From Eledone cirrhosa (lineage: Eukaryota), in assembly GCA_964016885.1 (NCBI GenBank), contig OZ024742.1:205220001-205284000 (forward strand): 64,000 nucleotides of DNA, in the 5' to 3' direction. The position numbers were made by a program, and so were the translations under genes. Below the pieces are notes generated by a model. It made no database searches. It was not told the DNA's origin and worked only from the letters and a program-made list of their open reading frames with translations. Of the stretch, positions 36,674 to 50,091 are shown piece by piece. Every line of letters starts with the position of its first letter. The stretch's first letter is position 1.

Positions 36674-37419
36674 CATTCGGTAATGTGGTGTGTGTGGGGG
36701 TGTGATAGTGTGTGTATGTATGTGTAGTAATGTGTGTGTGTGGTAATGTGTGCATGTGGTAGTGTGGGTGGGTGTAATAGTGTGTAAGTGTAGTAATGTG
36801 TGTAGTAGTATGTAATAGTGTGTGGTATTGGCCTTGTGCCTAAATTAAAAATCATTATTATTATTGGCAGTATCGGTAGAGGGTTGGACGCCATGCTTTC
36901 CAGCATAGTTACGTCCCTTTACGATCTGAGTTCAAATCCCGCCGATGTTGACTTTGCCTTTCATCCTTACGGGGTCGATAAAATAAAGTACCAGTAGTGC
37001 CAAAAGTAGAAACAATTATTACTATTGTTATTGTTAATATAAATGTTACTGCAAGTATTACTGGTACTACTCTCTGAACTTTAAAATTCCTGCCAAGGTC
37101 AACTTTGCCTTTCATCCTTTTGGGGTAGGGGTAATGATAAAATAAAATACCAGTCAAGTACTGGTGGTTGATATCATCGGCTATACTACGAACCTAAATT
37201 TCTGGCCTTGTGCCTATGCAAAATATATTATCATTGGAAGCCTTGTTGGGATCATGCAGACCTGTATGATCCCTGGAATACCTATATCCATTGGTAACAT
37301 AGTCGGGCCCACACAGACCTGTATGATCCCTGGAACACCTATCCATGAGTACTATAGTCGAAGATATGCAGACTTGTGCGATCCTTGGTACATCTATCCA
37401 TGACAACTCCACCTCATGC

Positions 37420-39415
37420 AATACATTATAAAACAGGTTGGGATTAGACCTGGTTTCGTAAATTCAGATTAGTCCAAAGCATTTGACAGGGTTCACCATT
37501 GCTACTGGGAGGCTGTTGTAAGTACAACTAGTTTTAATCCCATTCTCTGTGGTTGATTTGCCACAATATACAGTAACATTTGCCCAGTGGTTAAACCATA
37601 ATATAAAGTGACATCTGTCTAGTGGTCAAACCATATGTAGTGACATCTGTCCAGTGGTCAAGCCACAATATACTGTTACATCTGTTTGATGGTCAAACTA
37701 AACAATCACATCTTGGAACCTTTCAAAATTCAATCTTCGGTCTGCCAGGAATGTTAACTTTCTTCTCTCCTCTGTGTGTTGGCCATTGAGCCATTACTGA
37801 AGAAAATGGAATCTCTAAAGGGTATTCCATTCAAGCTGGAACTCAGAACTATCAGTACTGATACTGATGACATCATCATCATGAAATCAGACACATCAGA
37901 TGTGGAGGTGTTAAGCGCCATACTGGAATAATACTAACATGTAACAGATGCTCAAATAAGTAAGGAAATGTCAGCAGGATTGCAACTTGGCTCATGGAAA
38001 GGCAAGTCCATGGCAATTTCTGTTGCTGGACTGAGGGTCTGGTTAAGATGCTCAGGGTCTGGTTTGGACAGGACCTCCAGGTGGACAAGAACTGGGAAGA
38101 GGTCGCAATCATAGTAGTCAGTCACATTCAGAAATGAACTAAGAGAAAGCTGTCCCTGAAAGGTCATGCTGAAGTGGCAAATACCTACATTGCCTCACTA
38201 GTGTACTATCATCTGACCATCATGTCTTGCCCCCAAAACGTTTTAAGGAGTTTGGAATGCCTACCCTTTTGTTTGTTTTTTTTTGTGGAAGGGACAAGTT
38301 CCACTGGTCAGGAAATCCAAGTTCTGCCTCTGTGGAGGTCTCGGGATGCCATCACTGATGACACACAAACATGTGCTGAAGCTATCACACCTACAGGACC
38401 AGTGGGGGCACTTTTCATCAGATATGTTTTTCCACAGATTGTCTCCTTAGCAAAGCAGTAGACCTGGGTCAAAGACAGACCAAGGAAAGGTGTCTATCAT
38501 CTAAAATGCTGTCAGGTGCTCGTGGCACTACCAACTGGACAAAAGAATCAGTGGCTTGAATACATCACTCACTTTCTATAAAAGTTTAGGAGGGAATAAA
38601 TGATGATGGCCTGGGGAAACACTCTGGGAATCAATAAGGAGAATCTGAACAGGGCTCCTCTGGAGGACTTTCAGGTCAGGGACAATGGACAATTTCCAAA
38701 AGTCTTTGGTTTGGCAATACTACAGGAAAGCAACACCTGTTAGAGACAAGCTCTTCAGGCACAGTAGTGCCAACAGCTGAACCTGTCTGAGGTGCATTCA
38801 AGACAATAAAACTATCATGCACACATTCATTGTTTATGCATTGCAGAATTGTTTGCTTATGCCAAACAACTGTTATCGCATGTAAAGTGTAGCCGAATCT
38901 ATTGTGAAAATTGAACCACCTTCTTGCCTTGGCAAAGAAGGTTAGCAAGTTTTTCTCTGATTAATGACTATAGTGAAAGGAGTGTGGTGGGCATAAATGA
39001 AAGATTTGAGGATAGGAACTTCCCTTTCCAACCCAGCTCTCATTAACTTCAAGTACCACTTAAAGAGGAAATAGAGGGTAGAAAAGGAAGTTCTGCCTTC
39101 TAGAATGTTTCATGAAAGGTGGATAAGAGCCAGATTGATGAGGCTGAATAAAACTATTTTGAGTCTACTTTTCAAAGATAGGAGGGAAAAAAAACTGGGA
39201 GAGTTCATTTTCGATGCCTTTGGCAATACAGAGGAATCTGGGGTTTTTACCTCAAATTACCCTAGGTGGATTTCTCTGCTATTGGGGAATTTTTCTTGTT
39301 ACATTTATTGTTTTTGTTGATTTCAAACATTTTTACTCGATGTAAACCCCACTGTGTGTTGTAATTCGTCTTTGTATCGTCTCCATCTTATGCACTTGTG
39401 GCTAATAAAAGAAAT
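37420..39415 (+). mobile_element. Highly decayed L1/Tx1-like LINE 3' portion
   Basis: SKAFDRVHH-like RT motif near 37475, degenerate YADD region near 37865, AATAAA at about 39404 followed by an (ATT)n tail. Confidence 0.55.
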
Positions 39416-39849
39416 GATTATTATTATTATTATTATTACTATTATTGTGCCAAAAGTAGAAACAATTATTACTATTATTATAACTACAGTCAGACAATGG
39501 CCATGCTGGGGCACGTATATTTTACAAACTTATATTTTACAGCTATATATATATATATTTAGGTATAGCATGGAGCGTATGTGCATAAACACGCACGCAC
39601 CGTACTGTATTATGGCAGTATTGTGTTAGCTCAATGTACAAGAACAGAGCCGTTATATGCAAAAGAAACCAAAGAACGCTTACATACTCAAACAGTCTTT
39701 ATTTACTTACAATGTTTCATCCTCACCTTTTGGCAGGAATCCTCAGAGCCTAATAAATACAGTGTTGAGTATAAGCTCCACAAAAACCAAGTCACACGAA
39801 CAATCAGAATAAAGATAGGGAGATTGGAGGTGCATGCTGGGGTTGTTAA

Positions 39850-41763
39850 GCACCACAGCTAAATGCCAGGGCATAAGCGGATTCAACAAGATGCAGATAT
39901 AATAGATGGCACACAAAAACAAAGAATGCAAAAGCAAAAAAATGTAAAAGCATAAAAAATACAGACAATGGTTAAAACATAATATAAATTATAATAAAGT
40001 AATAAAAAATATAAATAAAATAAAATAAAGTAAAATAATAAAAAAATAATGAAAAAATAATAAAATAATAATAATAAAAGATAATAAGATAATAAAATAA
40101 TATAATAATATAATAAAATAAAAAATTTAAAAGATTTTTAAAATTAAGGAAAAAAAATAAAATTTTCTTTAAAAAATAAAAAAATTTTTCTTAAAAGAAA
40201 TTCTTTTAAAAAAGAAATAAATGCAGAAAGAAGAAAAAAGTGATAAGCACATAGAGAAGCCAAAAGAGTACAAGCGCTGGTCCCTAGTAACACGAGTGAG
40301 TAGGATCTTGGTAACTTATATATAAGCGTTAAGAGGTCCTTTTGGTACATCCCGAAAGACCACATTAATCCGAATCACCACCATGATATACATACACAAG
40401 GTATATTGGTAGGTACCCGAACTAGGTAGCCAATGGGTGCTCACAAGCATATAGGAAGGTATCACAAAAGCGCAAGCCTTACACAAGTAAAATATGGTTA
40501 TTATAGGGTAGGGCTGAGTAAAACAAGTAAATAGACAGTCACGGCATAAAAACAAGCTATGCACAAGCAGATCGGGGTTATTGTAAGATAGAGCTGAAGC
40601 AATCTTATTATATTAGTTGCTGTAATACAACCGGCAAAGTTATTACTCATGCATATTAGCAATACATATTTCCCAAATTTCTACGGGTTAAATGGAATTG
40701 TCAATAGAAAACCAATCTGTCTAAAAAAACACAACATATGAATCAATCAAAATTACAAAGTAGTTGGATATTAATTAAATGTAACAATCATATCCAAACC
40801 CATGAAATTACATGCTGGATTTATACAACAAATAACCACTCTATGTAAAAAATCAGAGGCCGTATATTAAAAATTGTTCAAGAATCGGTTCCAGATTCAA
40901 TTCAAACCAAGTCTTCACACACCATCTGGTCCCGAACATGTCAAAACAATTTCTGGCAACAGCAGCAGCGATCCACGTGGTTAACCAGTCGCGTAAATTA
41001 AAATGCTTATATATAAGTTACCGAGATCCTACTCACTCGTGTTACTAGGGACCAGCGCTTGTACTCTTTTGGCTTCTCTATGTGCTTATAACTTTTTTCT
41101 TCTTTCTGCATTTATTTCTTATTTAAAAGAATTTCTTTTAAGAACATTTTTTTTATTTTTTAAAGAAAAAATTTTTAAAACAATTTATTTACTTTTTTAA
41201 TTTCTTAATTTTTTAATTTTTTAAATCTTTTTAATTTTTTTAATTTTTAATTTTATTATATTATTATATTATCTTATCTTTTATTATTTTGTTATTATTG
41301 AGGTTGACTTTGCCTTTCATCCTTACGGGGTCGATAAAATAAAGTACCAGTAATGCACTGGGTAATTGCTAGCCTTGTGTCTAAAGTAGAAACAATTATT
41401 TACGTCCCTTTACAGTCTGAGTTCAAATCCCGCCGAGGTTAACTTTGCCTTTCATCCTTACGGGGTCAATAAAATAAAGTACCAGTAATGTACTGGGTAA
41501 TTGCTGGCTTTGTGCCTAAAGTAGAAACAATTATTTTATTATTATTATTTTTTCATTATTTTTTTTATAATTTTACTTTATTTTATTTTATATATTTTAT
41601 TATTTTTATTATTTTTATATTTTTTATTACTTTATTATAATTTATATTATATTTTAACCATTGTCTGTATTTTTTATGCTTTTGCATTCTTTGTTTTTGT
41701 GTGCCATCTATTATATCTGCATCTTGTTGAATCCGCTTATGCCCTGGCATTTAGCTGCGGTGC
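39850..41763. mobile_element. Non-autonomous foldback DNA transposon with TIRs of about 480 bp
   Basis: 39850-40329 is inverted at 41003-41763 (right arm interrupted by two SINEs); flanked by TTAA at 39846-39849 and 41764-41767. Confidence 0.88.
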
Positions 41764-41829
41764 TTAATCTCAAATAGCTTAACATGCAAGCCTGGTGGAA
41801 CTGTCTCTAACGACAAGAGAAGGGGTGTG

Positions 41830-44800
41830 GGCAGGTTTTGGCACCTTCAAACCACTCCTTTGGATAGATGGAACTTGTCAGCCTGGGAGGGCAGTCCATC
41901 TAAGAGACAGCAAACTCTGATTTTGAATCACTGCTACCTTGTAGCTATACCCACTTATGGGAAAGGCTTTGTGGGTAAACCTTCAGGATAAATCCAGAGC
42001 CGGGGTCCCTACAATGACACCAGTGTCAAGTTGTATTGGCCCCTGCTCTTCTCTTGGACAACATTGGTGATGTGGAGAGGGGAGAAGTGCTGTATATGCA
42101 ACTGCTGATCACCTCACTGCAATGATAAAGCAGAGAAAGCAGCATTCTACTAGTTATAAGCCTGCACATGTTTGGCATAGAGCAAAGTGGCAGAGGTCAT
42201 TGTACCTCACTGGATCTTACCACTTGCCTCAAGCTGGGAAGTCTTCAACTAATTAGTTGTTGTCGTGCCACAGCCTGCCTACTCCACTGGCTGCATGTGT
42301 TTTAGGGATACTAGTATCCTGAATCATGGGCTGTAATCACTGAACCAAGAAAAAAGAATAAAGAAAGGAACCAACATTCAGACTTGGATGTTAAAACTTG
42401 ATCATGACTACTGGTCTAACATGATCTTCAAAAATTCAGCAGCACCCACAAAACAGCAATGATTAACAACTACCTTCTATGACTTTGGTTGGACATTGCA
42501 ATGCTCCAAGAGGTGTGGCTCCCAGATTTAGGGACCCATCGTGAGAGAGAGTATACCTTCTAGCAGAGGAAAGGTATAGATGAGGTCAGAGAGCACAGTG
42601 TTGGCTTTGCCATGAGGAACTTGCTGTTGAAGATGATGGAACTCAGCAAGGATAGATCAGAGTGCAAACTTCTTTTTTCCAAACAAGACAACAAGGATGA
42701 GTTTTACGACCAGCTCTCAAGAAAAATACAGCTGATCCCAAATGGAAAACAGCTGGTGTTAGCAACTGCAGTGCCAGAGTAGGAGCTGACCATGACTCCT
42801 GGCCAGGCTGTCTTGAATAGTATGGTTATTACCAGCATAAATGACAATGGACAATGACTGCTTGAGTTCTGTATGTTCCATGAACTATGTGTCACCAAAA
42901 CCTACTGCTCAGCACAGAGTTTCTTGGCACCATCTCCATTCTAGGCACTGACACCAAACAGAAATGTGCTCCTGGCACAGTCATTTCAGAGTACTAACTG
43001 TAACACAGATCACACCCTGGTTCGCTGCAATCTAAGACTTCGACCAAAGAAGATGCACTATGCAAAGCCTCCAGGCAAGCAGCATATCAAGAGTATTGCA
43101 ATCCAACATTCAACCAAAGCAGCTGTATTCATCAAGTTATTGGAGGACACCCTCTTTACAGACCCACCAGAAGGAACTGTTCTCGGGGACACCATCCCTA
43201 GCATTGCTTTGAAGACATTGAAGAAACAAAGAAAGATACAAGACTGGTTCATAATAGACACATAAGAGCTCAATGTGACCATGGAGGAGAAGTGTTGCCC
43301 TGTTGAAGTACACACAGCAACCTACCTGAGCAATGCTGCAAGTATTGAGGACAACATGAAACAACACACAGAAGACAGTGTGATGCTTTTGACGTAGGAA
43401 ATATTCGTGGAATGTATGAGGGCATCAAGAAAGCCATTGACCCAACCCAGAGCAAGACAGCTCCACTCAAATCCAGAACAGTTGAGGTCATCAAAGGCAA
43501 AAGAGAGCAGATAAGATGGGTAAAGCATTACTCCAAACTTTACTCTAGGAAAAACATCTCAGACAATATGCAAGACACTGTAGAACACTTACTCACCATG
43601 GAGGAGCTAAAAACATTAACAACTGCTGAAGAACAGAACAGAGCTATTCACAGCTTGCCCACTGGGAAAGCACTAGGATTGGATGGCATCAAGTGTACAA
43701 AGGGAGTTTTGCTTAGCCAATTGTTGAAACTACTGTGCCAGTAGTGCTGCAAGACATAAGAGACTGCAACATTGTCATCCTCTATAAGGACAAAGGGGAT
43801 ACAAGTGATGTAATAACTACAGAGGCATCTTACAGTTAAACATTGTTGGAAAGGTCTTCACCCATGGGGTCTTGAACCGACTACAGAAAATCACTGAGAG
43901 TGTATAACCTGAATCTCAATGCTGTTTCAGAACTCTCCACCATCGATGTGATCTCCTTTCAACAACTACAAAAGAAGTGCCGAGAACACAAAGGCAACCT
44001 CTCTACATCACCTTCATTGACCTCATGAAGGCACTTGATCTAATAAGTAGAGACAGCCTGTTCAGAAACCTTGCCAAGATGTATTGTCCTCTAAGACTCT
44101 TCAGAATAGTCCACTCATTTCATACAGAAATAAAAGGTGTCCTTCAATTTCATGGCTCATCTACAGCAGTGTTGAAGTAGGGTTGTGTGCTTGCACTCAT
44201 CTTGTTTGGCATCATTTTTACAGTCATGCTAAAACATGCATTTGGAATGTTGACTGATGATGTCTATCTCTTCACCTGATCAGAAAAGAGATTGTTCAGT
44301 CTGAAGACAAAATCCAGAGATTGTTCAGGCTGAAGACAAAATCCAGCGTTCATCAGGTACTCATCAGAGAAATGCTGTTTGCAGATGATGCAGCATTGGC
44401 AATGCACTCTGAAGAACAAATGCAGCATCTTTTGGACAAACTCTCAAGCACCTGCCAGGAATTCAGCTTGACCATTAGTCTGAAGAAGACCAACATACTG
44501 GGTCAAGGTGTCAAGCACTCTCAAGGTGTCAAGCACCCATCACCATCAACAACTATGAGCTGGAGGTAGTTCAGGAATTCATCTACCTCAGTTCCCCCAT
44601 CACAGACAATCTTTCTTTGGACTCTGAGATCAGCAAGTGGGTTGGACAAGCAACCTCCACATTCGCCAGGCTGACTAAGAGAGTCTAGAAGAACAGAAAA
44701 CTGACTGTGAACACCAAGATTGCTGTCTACAGGGCATGCCTCCTCAGCACACTACTTCACGGTAGTGAGCATGGAGCCTTTGCTCTAGACAGGAGCAGCA

Positions 44801-44920
44801 TCTTGGCACCTTCCTCCTTCATAGCCTGAGTTGCATTCTGGACTTCAAGTGGACTGACCAAGTCACCAACACTGAAATCCTCAAGCACACTAAGGTACCC
44901 AGCATATTCACCCTGCTCTA
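41830..44920 (+). mobile_element. Decayed RTE-BovB-like LINE
   Basis: Endonuclease remnants; MYEGIKKAIDPTQSKTAPLKS, PLYITFIDLMKALDLISR and IREMLFADDAAL. Confidence 0.85.
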
Positions 44921-47900
44921 GTGGGAGGATCCCAAAATACTTACTAATACCAGTATATACAAATGACTGCACAGGGTAGATGTGGCCTCTGTAAGCCGTA
45001 GTGAAGGAAACCTGTCTAGGAGAGCAATCACTCTAAATAAAAACTAATACAGAGTAGAGAAGAATCTAAATCAAGTCAGTCACTAACTTCTTTAGTGCTG
45101 GTGGCACAAATAATGCATCTTTCCATGTTGGTGATAGGAAGGGCATCCAGCCACAAAACTTAGTCTCAGGAAACAATCACTAGACAGATTTTATGGATAA
45201 AACCAGCCGGCAGGAGGCCTAGGGCTATACCATGAGATAACATCCATGAGCGCAGCTGGTATTGCTTGAGGATCCAATTGGAGACAGTTGCTTTTGACAG
45301 GACTTGCTGAAAGGCATAATTGGGCGGAGAAGATAATATCATAGACAATGGTAACTCTAACTCTAATCATGTTAGTGCTGTGCACGGTAGTAGGGTCACT
45401 AATCTAGCCATGTGCTGGATCATCCTGGCTGGCAACTTCAATCGACATGTTGGACAGCACCAGGATAATTATACTGGAGTATAGGGTGGTTATGGTTAAG
45501 GCTCAAGAAATGAAGAAAGAGGAACATCTTAGAGTTCTGTGATACAAATGAACTAACTATCTGTGACACTAACTTCAGGAAACCAGCCAGCCACCTGATC
45601 ATCTACCAGTGAGGTGAAAGCAAAAGCCAAAATGACTTTTTACTTGTTAGAAAATGGGAAAGGTAGATATATGGATGTGAATATTAAGTCTATCCCCAGA
45701 AAAGAATATACCACATAACATAAGTTAGTAGTGACATCAGAAAAAAAAAATGGAACAAAAAACAGGAAAATCTTGGGGGATGATAATATGGTAGCTAAAG
45801 GACCTTTCTGTTAAATATAGATTTAGAAAAGCCCTACATGATGCATATGATAAGAGGGAAGAGGAGTTAGATAGAAAGCATAGAAGACAATTGGAAATTC
45901 CTATGCAACACTCTACTACAGTTTACCAGTGTGTCTTGTGGTTGTAGCAAAGCCCTAGCCAGAGAGAGGGTCATCTGGTGGTGGAACAACATTATGAACA
46001 GAACTGTGAAAGCTAAGAAACAGACATGGAAAAACTGGAAAATGGGGATAGCAAAGATCAATATCAAGTTGCTGAAAGAGAAGCTAGACAACAGGTATAA
46101 GTAGTACAGAAAGAAGATGAAAGCAGGCAGTTTGCCAATATCTTGCAATGTGAAGATCATAGATGTGAGGTATTTAGCATTGTAAAACAATGTCAGAGAA
46201 AACCAGGACATTGTTGTGTGTTTGAAATGGCACCAGTGCACTTAGCATCACTGATAATGAATGTAACTGCTTTGGTTGAATGTTGGCAAGAAAGACAGAG
46301 GCACACACAAACATAGTTGGGAAACTTAGTGTTTGACACTTCTTGTTTTCACGATACTGTCCTCTCTCTTCATCATCATCATCATTATAATATATAACAG
46401 AGACATGGATTGGCAGTAACGGTAGAGGGTCGGACGCCATGCTTTGACGTATAGAGATACGGCCCTTGCCATTCTGAGTTCAAATCCCGCCGAGGTTAAC
46501 TTTGCCTTTCATCCTTATGGGGTTGATAAAATAAAGTACCAGTAATACACTAGTGTTATCTAGTGTGTGTGTGTGTTATCTTTTTTTGTGTCTATACGTT
46601 TTAGTAAGCAGCCAAAATTCTGCTTGCTTCAACCGACACAATTGATCAACTCAAGATTCTATAACGCATGCACTGCATGCGTTGCATGCATGGACCCTTT
46701 GCCCTTGCTTAATATATATCTTAATTCATTACCAAGACGAATGCTAATAACATGAATAATAGTAAGACCATGTCAGAATACTGCTACTATAAATGATAGG
46801 GTATATAAGCCACATATTTTATTATTGTTGTCCAGATGATATACATGTTTCTCATGAAAGCTCATCTAGCTTGAAAACCAGTTAGAGGTGTTTATCATTT
46901 TCTTTCAATTTACAGAGAAATATGTATATTTGGCATGTTTACACGCCAAATATACATAAAACGCCTCGGTTACTTATATTCTGTACACACACACACTCAC
47001 ATTCATACACACATACACATAGTGGAAAACAAAACAACCAATATCCCAAGTCACCTATGTGTAGGTTTGCTACTATGTACTTCCAGTTTGTTAAGCATGT
47101 ACATATCACCGCTCTCTCCATCACCACATGTCTTTTGAATAAAACGTTGTCTGTTATCCATTTAGAGTCCAAGCAGTTCCCGAGCATGAATTTGCTTATA
47201 GTGGACATGGCTTGCACAGAACCACGATCACTTTTCAGACAACACTAGCTGGAAAAGCCGATGGCCCAACATAATTTGGGACAACCAGCAACTGATTCAT
47301 CTTCAGGTTTTCTACCAGAGTTTCCCTCTCCTTGGAAACTTTTGGGTAGCCTTTTGGTTGGCTCTTATGAGTTCATCCGCCCCTTAATGGGTTTTTCCTC
47401 CTGCTCCTCACCAAGTTAGCTTGATGGGGTTGCCAGTTTAGTCGCTGACAACCCTACCATGCAAGAGGTAAAAAGAAATTAAGCTATTGGGGAGATAACT
47501 CGAAGCAGAATCATACATGCTTAGCTTTCTTAGTAAAATAAGTAGATAAATCAAATATTTATATAGCTGTGTAAATATGTATAAAAAAAAGAGATAATTC
47601 ACAGCACAGATCATACTTGCTTAACTCCCTTACTACACAATTCAACATTCGCGTGTGTGTGTGTGTGTATGTATATATATATCCTCATCATCATCATCGT
47701 TTAATGTCTATCTTCCAGGCTAGCATGGGTTAGACGAGAATTGTCCCACTTGAGGCAAGATTGATCGGGTGACCGTGTCTCGCTCGTATACAAAGCTGTA
47801 TTTACTGGCCAGTTTGCCAAATATATAATTTAGCGTATCTGTCTATCTATCTACCTATCTGTCTGTCTATCTTTCTATCTATCTAAGGTGTATGGTGCTT

Positions 47901-49872
47901 AGTGATTAGAATGTTCAGCTCCTGATTGTAAGATTGTGGTTTCAATTCTTGGACCAGGCAGTACATTGTGTCCTTGAGCAAGATATTTTATTTAACATTA
48001 CTCCAGTTTTTTCAGCTGGCAAAAATGAGTTATCCATGCAATTCAAGAACTAGCCTTGTCACACACTGTGTCATGCTAAATCTCCCTGAGAACAATGTTA
48101 AGCATGCATGTGTCAGTGGAATGCTCAGCCACTTACACGTTAATTTCATGATCAGGCAGTTCTCTTGATTGAATCATCTGGAGAACTCATTGTCAGAAAC
48201 GACAGAGGACTCCCATATGTGTTGTAGGTTGTTTGAAGCATTGTGGAATATGAAAATTGGCTGTGTTTAGGAAGTGTGTTTAGTACTGTCCATTGTCAAG
48301 GGGCTCTGAAAGAATCTTTGGAGAATGTTAGAGAGGGCCTTTCTGTGCCTCCATGTGGCTCAAGATTGATTTAGAATCAGGGCCTCCAAGAGAATTTTTG
48401 CAAGGCAGTACAAGACACCTTTGGGGCCCAAAGCAGGCAAAGATTTTTCTCAAAATAGATGTTGCATGGTTGCTCTGGTGCCTTCTTAGCTCTTGGGCCC
48501 TAGAACAAAGTACCGGCTGAACCCTACTCTCAGAGACCCTGCTTAGAACTGACTGAAATTCTTGCTCACCTGACATTTGCATGTGCAAGTTTGACAGAAG
48601 CTAGTAGTCAGTTGCCAGCCAGCAGGTGCATGGTAGTAGTTGGTATGTCACATTGAGGTGATGTCAGTTATTGACTGCTGGATTGTTTGATATTTTCATT
48701 GCTGTGTAGGTGTCTCTTGGTCTTGTTTGTCTATTTGTTTATTTACTTACTTGTTCTGTTGTTTCATTTATGTGTTATGGTGACTGGATCAAATTAGCCA
48801 TTGTGTCTCACTCTTCTCTAGCCTGTTGTTGATAGGCAGTTCCATTTGCTTTATCAAAAGGGCTTCCTTGATCCACAGGGTGCCTATGTTGCATTCCATA
48901 GCTAGAATCGTGACTATAAGCAAATTCACATTCAGGAACTGCTGATTCTCTTGTCTTTGTTTCCATATTTGATGATATGTTTCTGAAATGATGAAGAGTT
49001 AATGGTGACATCTTCCTTAGTTCTTATGTGAAGGAGTTGAAAAGTGCTGCCGATGTAGTAATAGTTACACTTGTTACATTGTAGTTTATATACAATGTAA
49101 GCACACACTCAATAGTTTGTGTTGTGTATTGGGCAGTTGTTAAGAGAGCGCATGTTTTCTGGGTTGTGGGGTTGATCCCTGGATAGGCATGTGAAATTGA
49201 TTTCTTCAGCTGCATAGAAGGTTTCCAACATCCCACACTACTCTAAATTACACCCTATCTATAACCCTGACATACCAGTATTAGCCCTAGTAACTATTAT
49301 CACAATACTTTCTCACACAGCTCCATCCTTGACACATGCCCAGGACATACATCCCAAACCTCTTCATAGGGTAGAAAGAGTTCTTCAGTTGAATCAATGA
49401 CTGACAACCTCCCTACTACTGGTGCCAGGAAAGTGCACTCAGTAAGTTAGTTGGCAATAGGAAGGGTGATGCACTGAGGATATTCTGTCAAAAGAGTTAG
49501 TACAATATTTCAGTTGTATCAGGGGCACGACTACCTCTTTATTGTTGGTAATCTGATCAAAGGTTCAGGATGATCCATCACCTGTGTCAAGGACATGACA
49601 ACTTCTCTAGTGTTAGTGCAATGAAAAAATACACTCAGAGTGTGGGATCATGTGTCAGGCCCCCAACCTACATGAGGTCAGATGGTCCACTTGAGTTCTA
49701 ACAAGTCCAACTTTTGCTAGCAGGTAAAATGGACATGATGATGATGATGATGATAATATATATATATTGGATAACAAGTTAATGGTTTAGGTAATCCAGT
49801 TAGAGGTTATTGTTTTCATTCACTTGATTCTCCAATGTATCTATAAATACAAATGCCATGTGTTACACCCTC

Positions 49873-49987
49873 CAGTATTCTGATGATTTGATCAGAGACA
49901 CACACTGTATTCAAGGTTGAGTGACACAACTTTGAAGGATTAGCGGCCTTTAGACTCACCTGATCAATGAAACAATTGTTAATACTG
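49873..49987 (+). ncRNA. Type I hammerhead ribozyme with a large stem II insert
   Basis: CAGTATT-CTGATGA-tTTGATCAG...CTGATCAAt-GAAAC-AATT-GTT/AATACTG; perfect 7-bp stem I and palindromic stem III; island lies between (TA)n tracts. Confidence 0.88.
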
Positions 49988-50091
49988 TAAATAAAACCCT
50001 TTTTGTACTGCCAACCATGTTATTCTCACTCTTTCACTACTATATATATATAGTATATATATATATTATATATATATATATATATATATGT

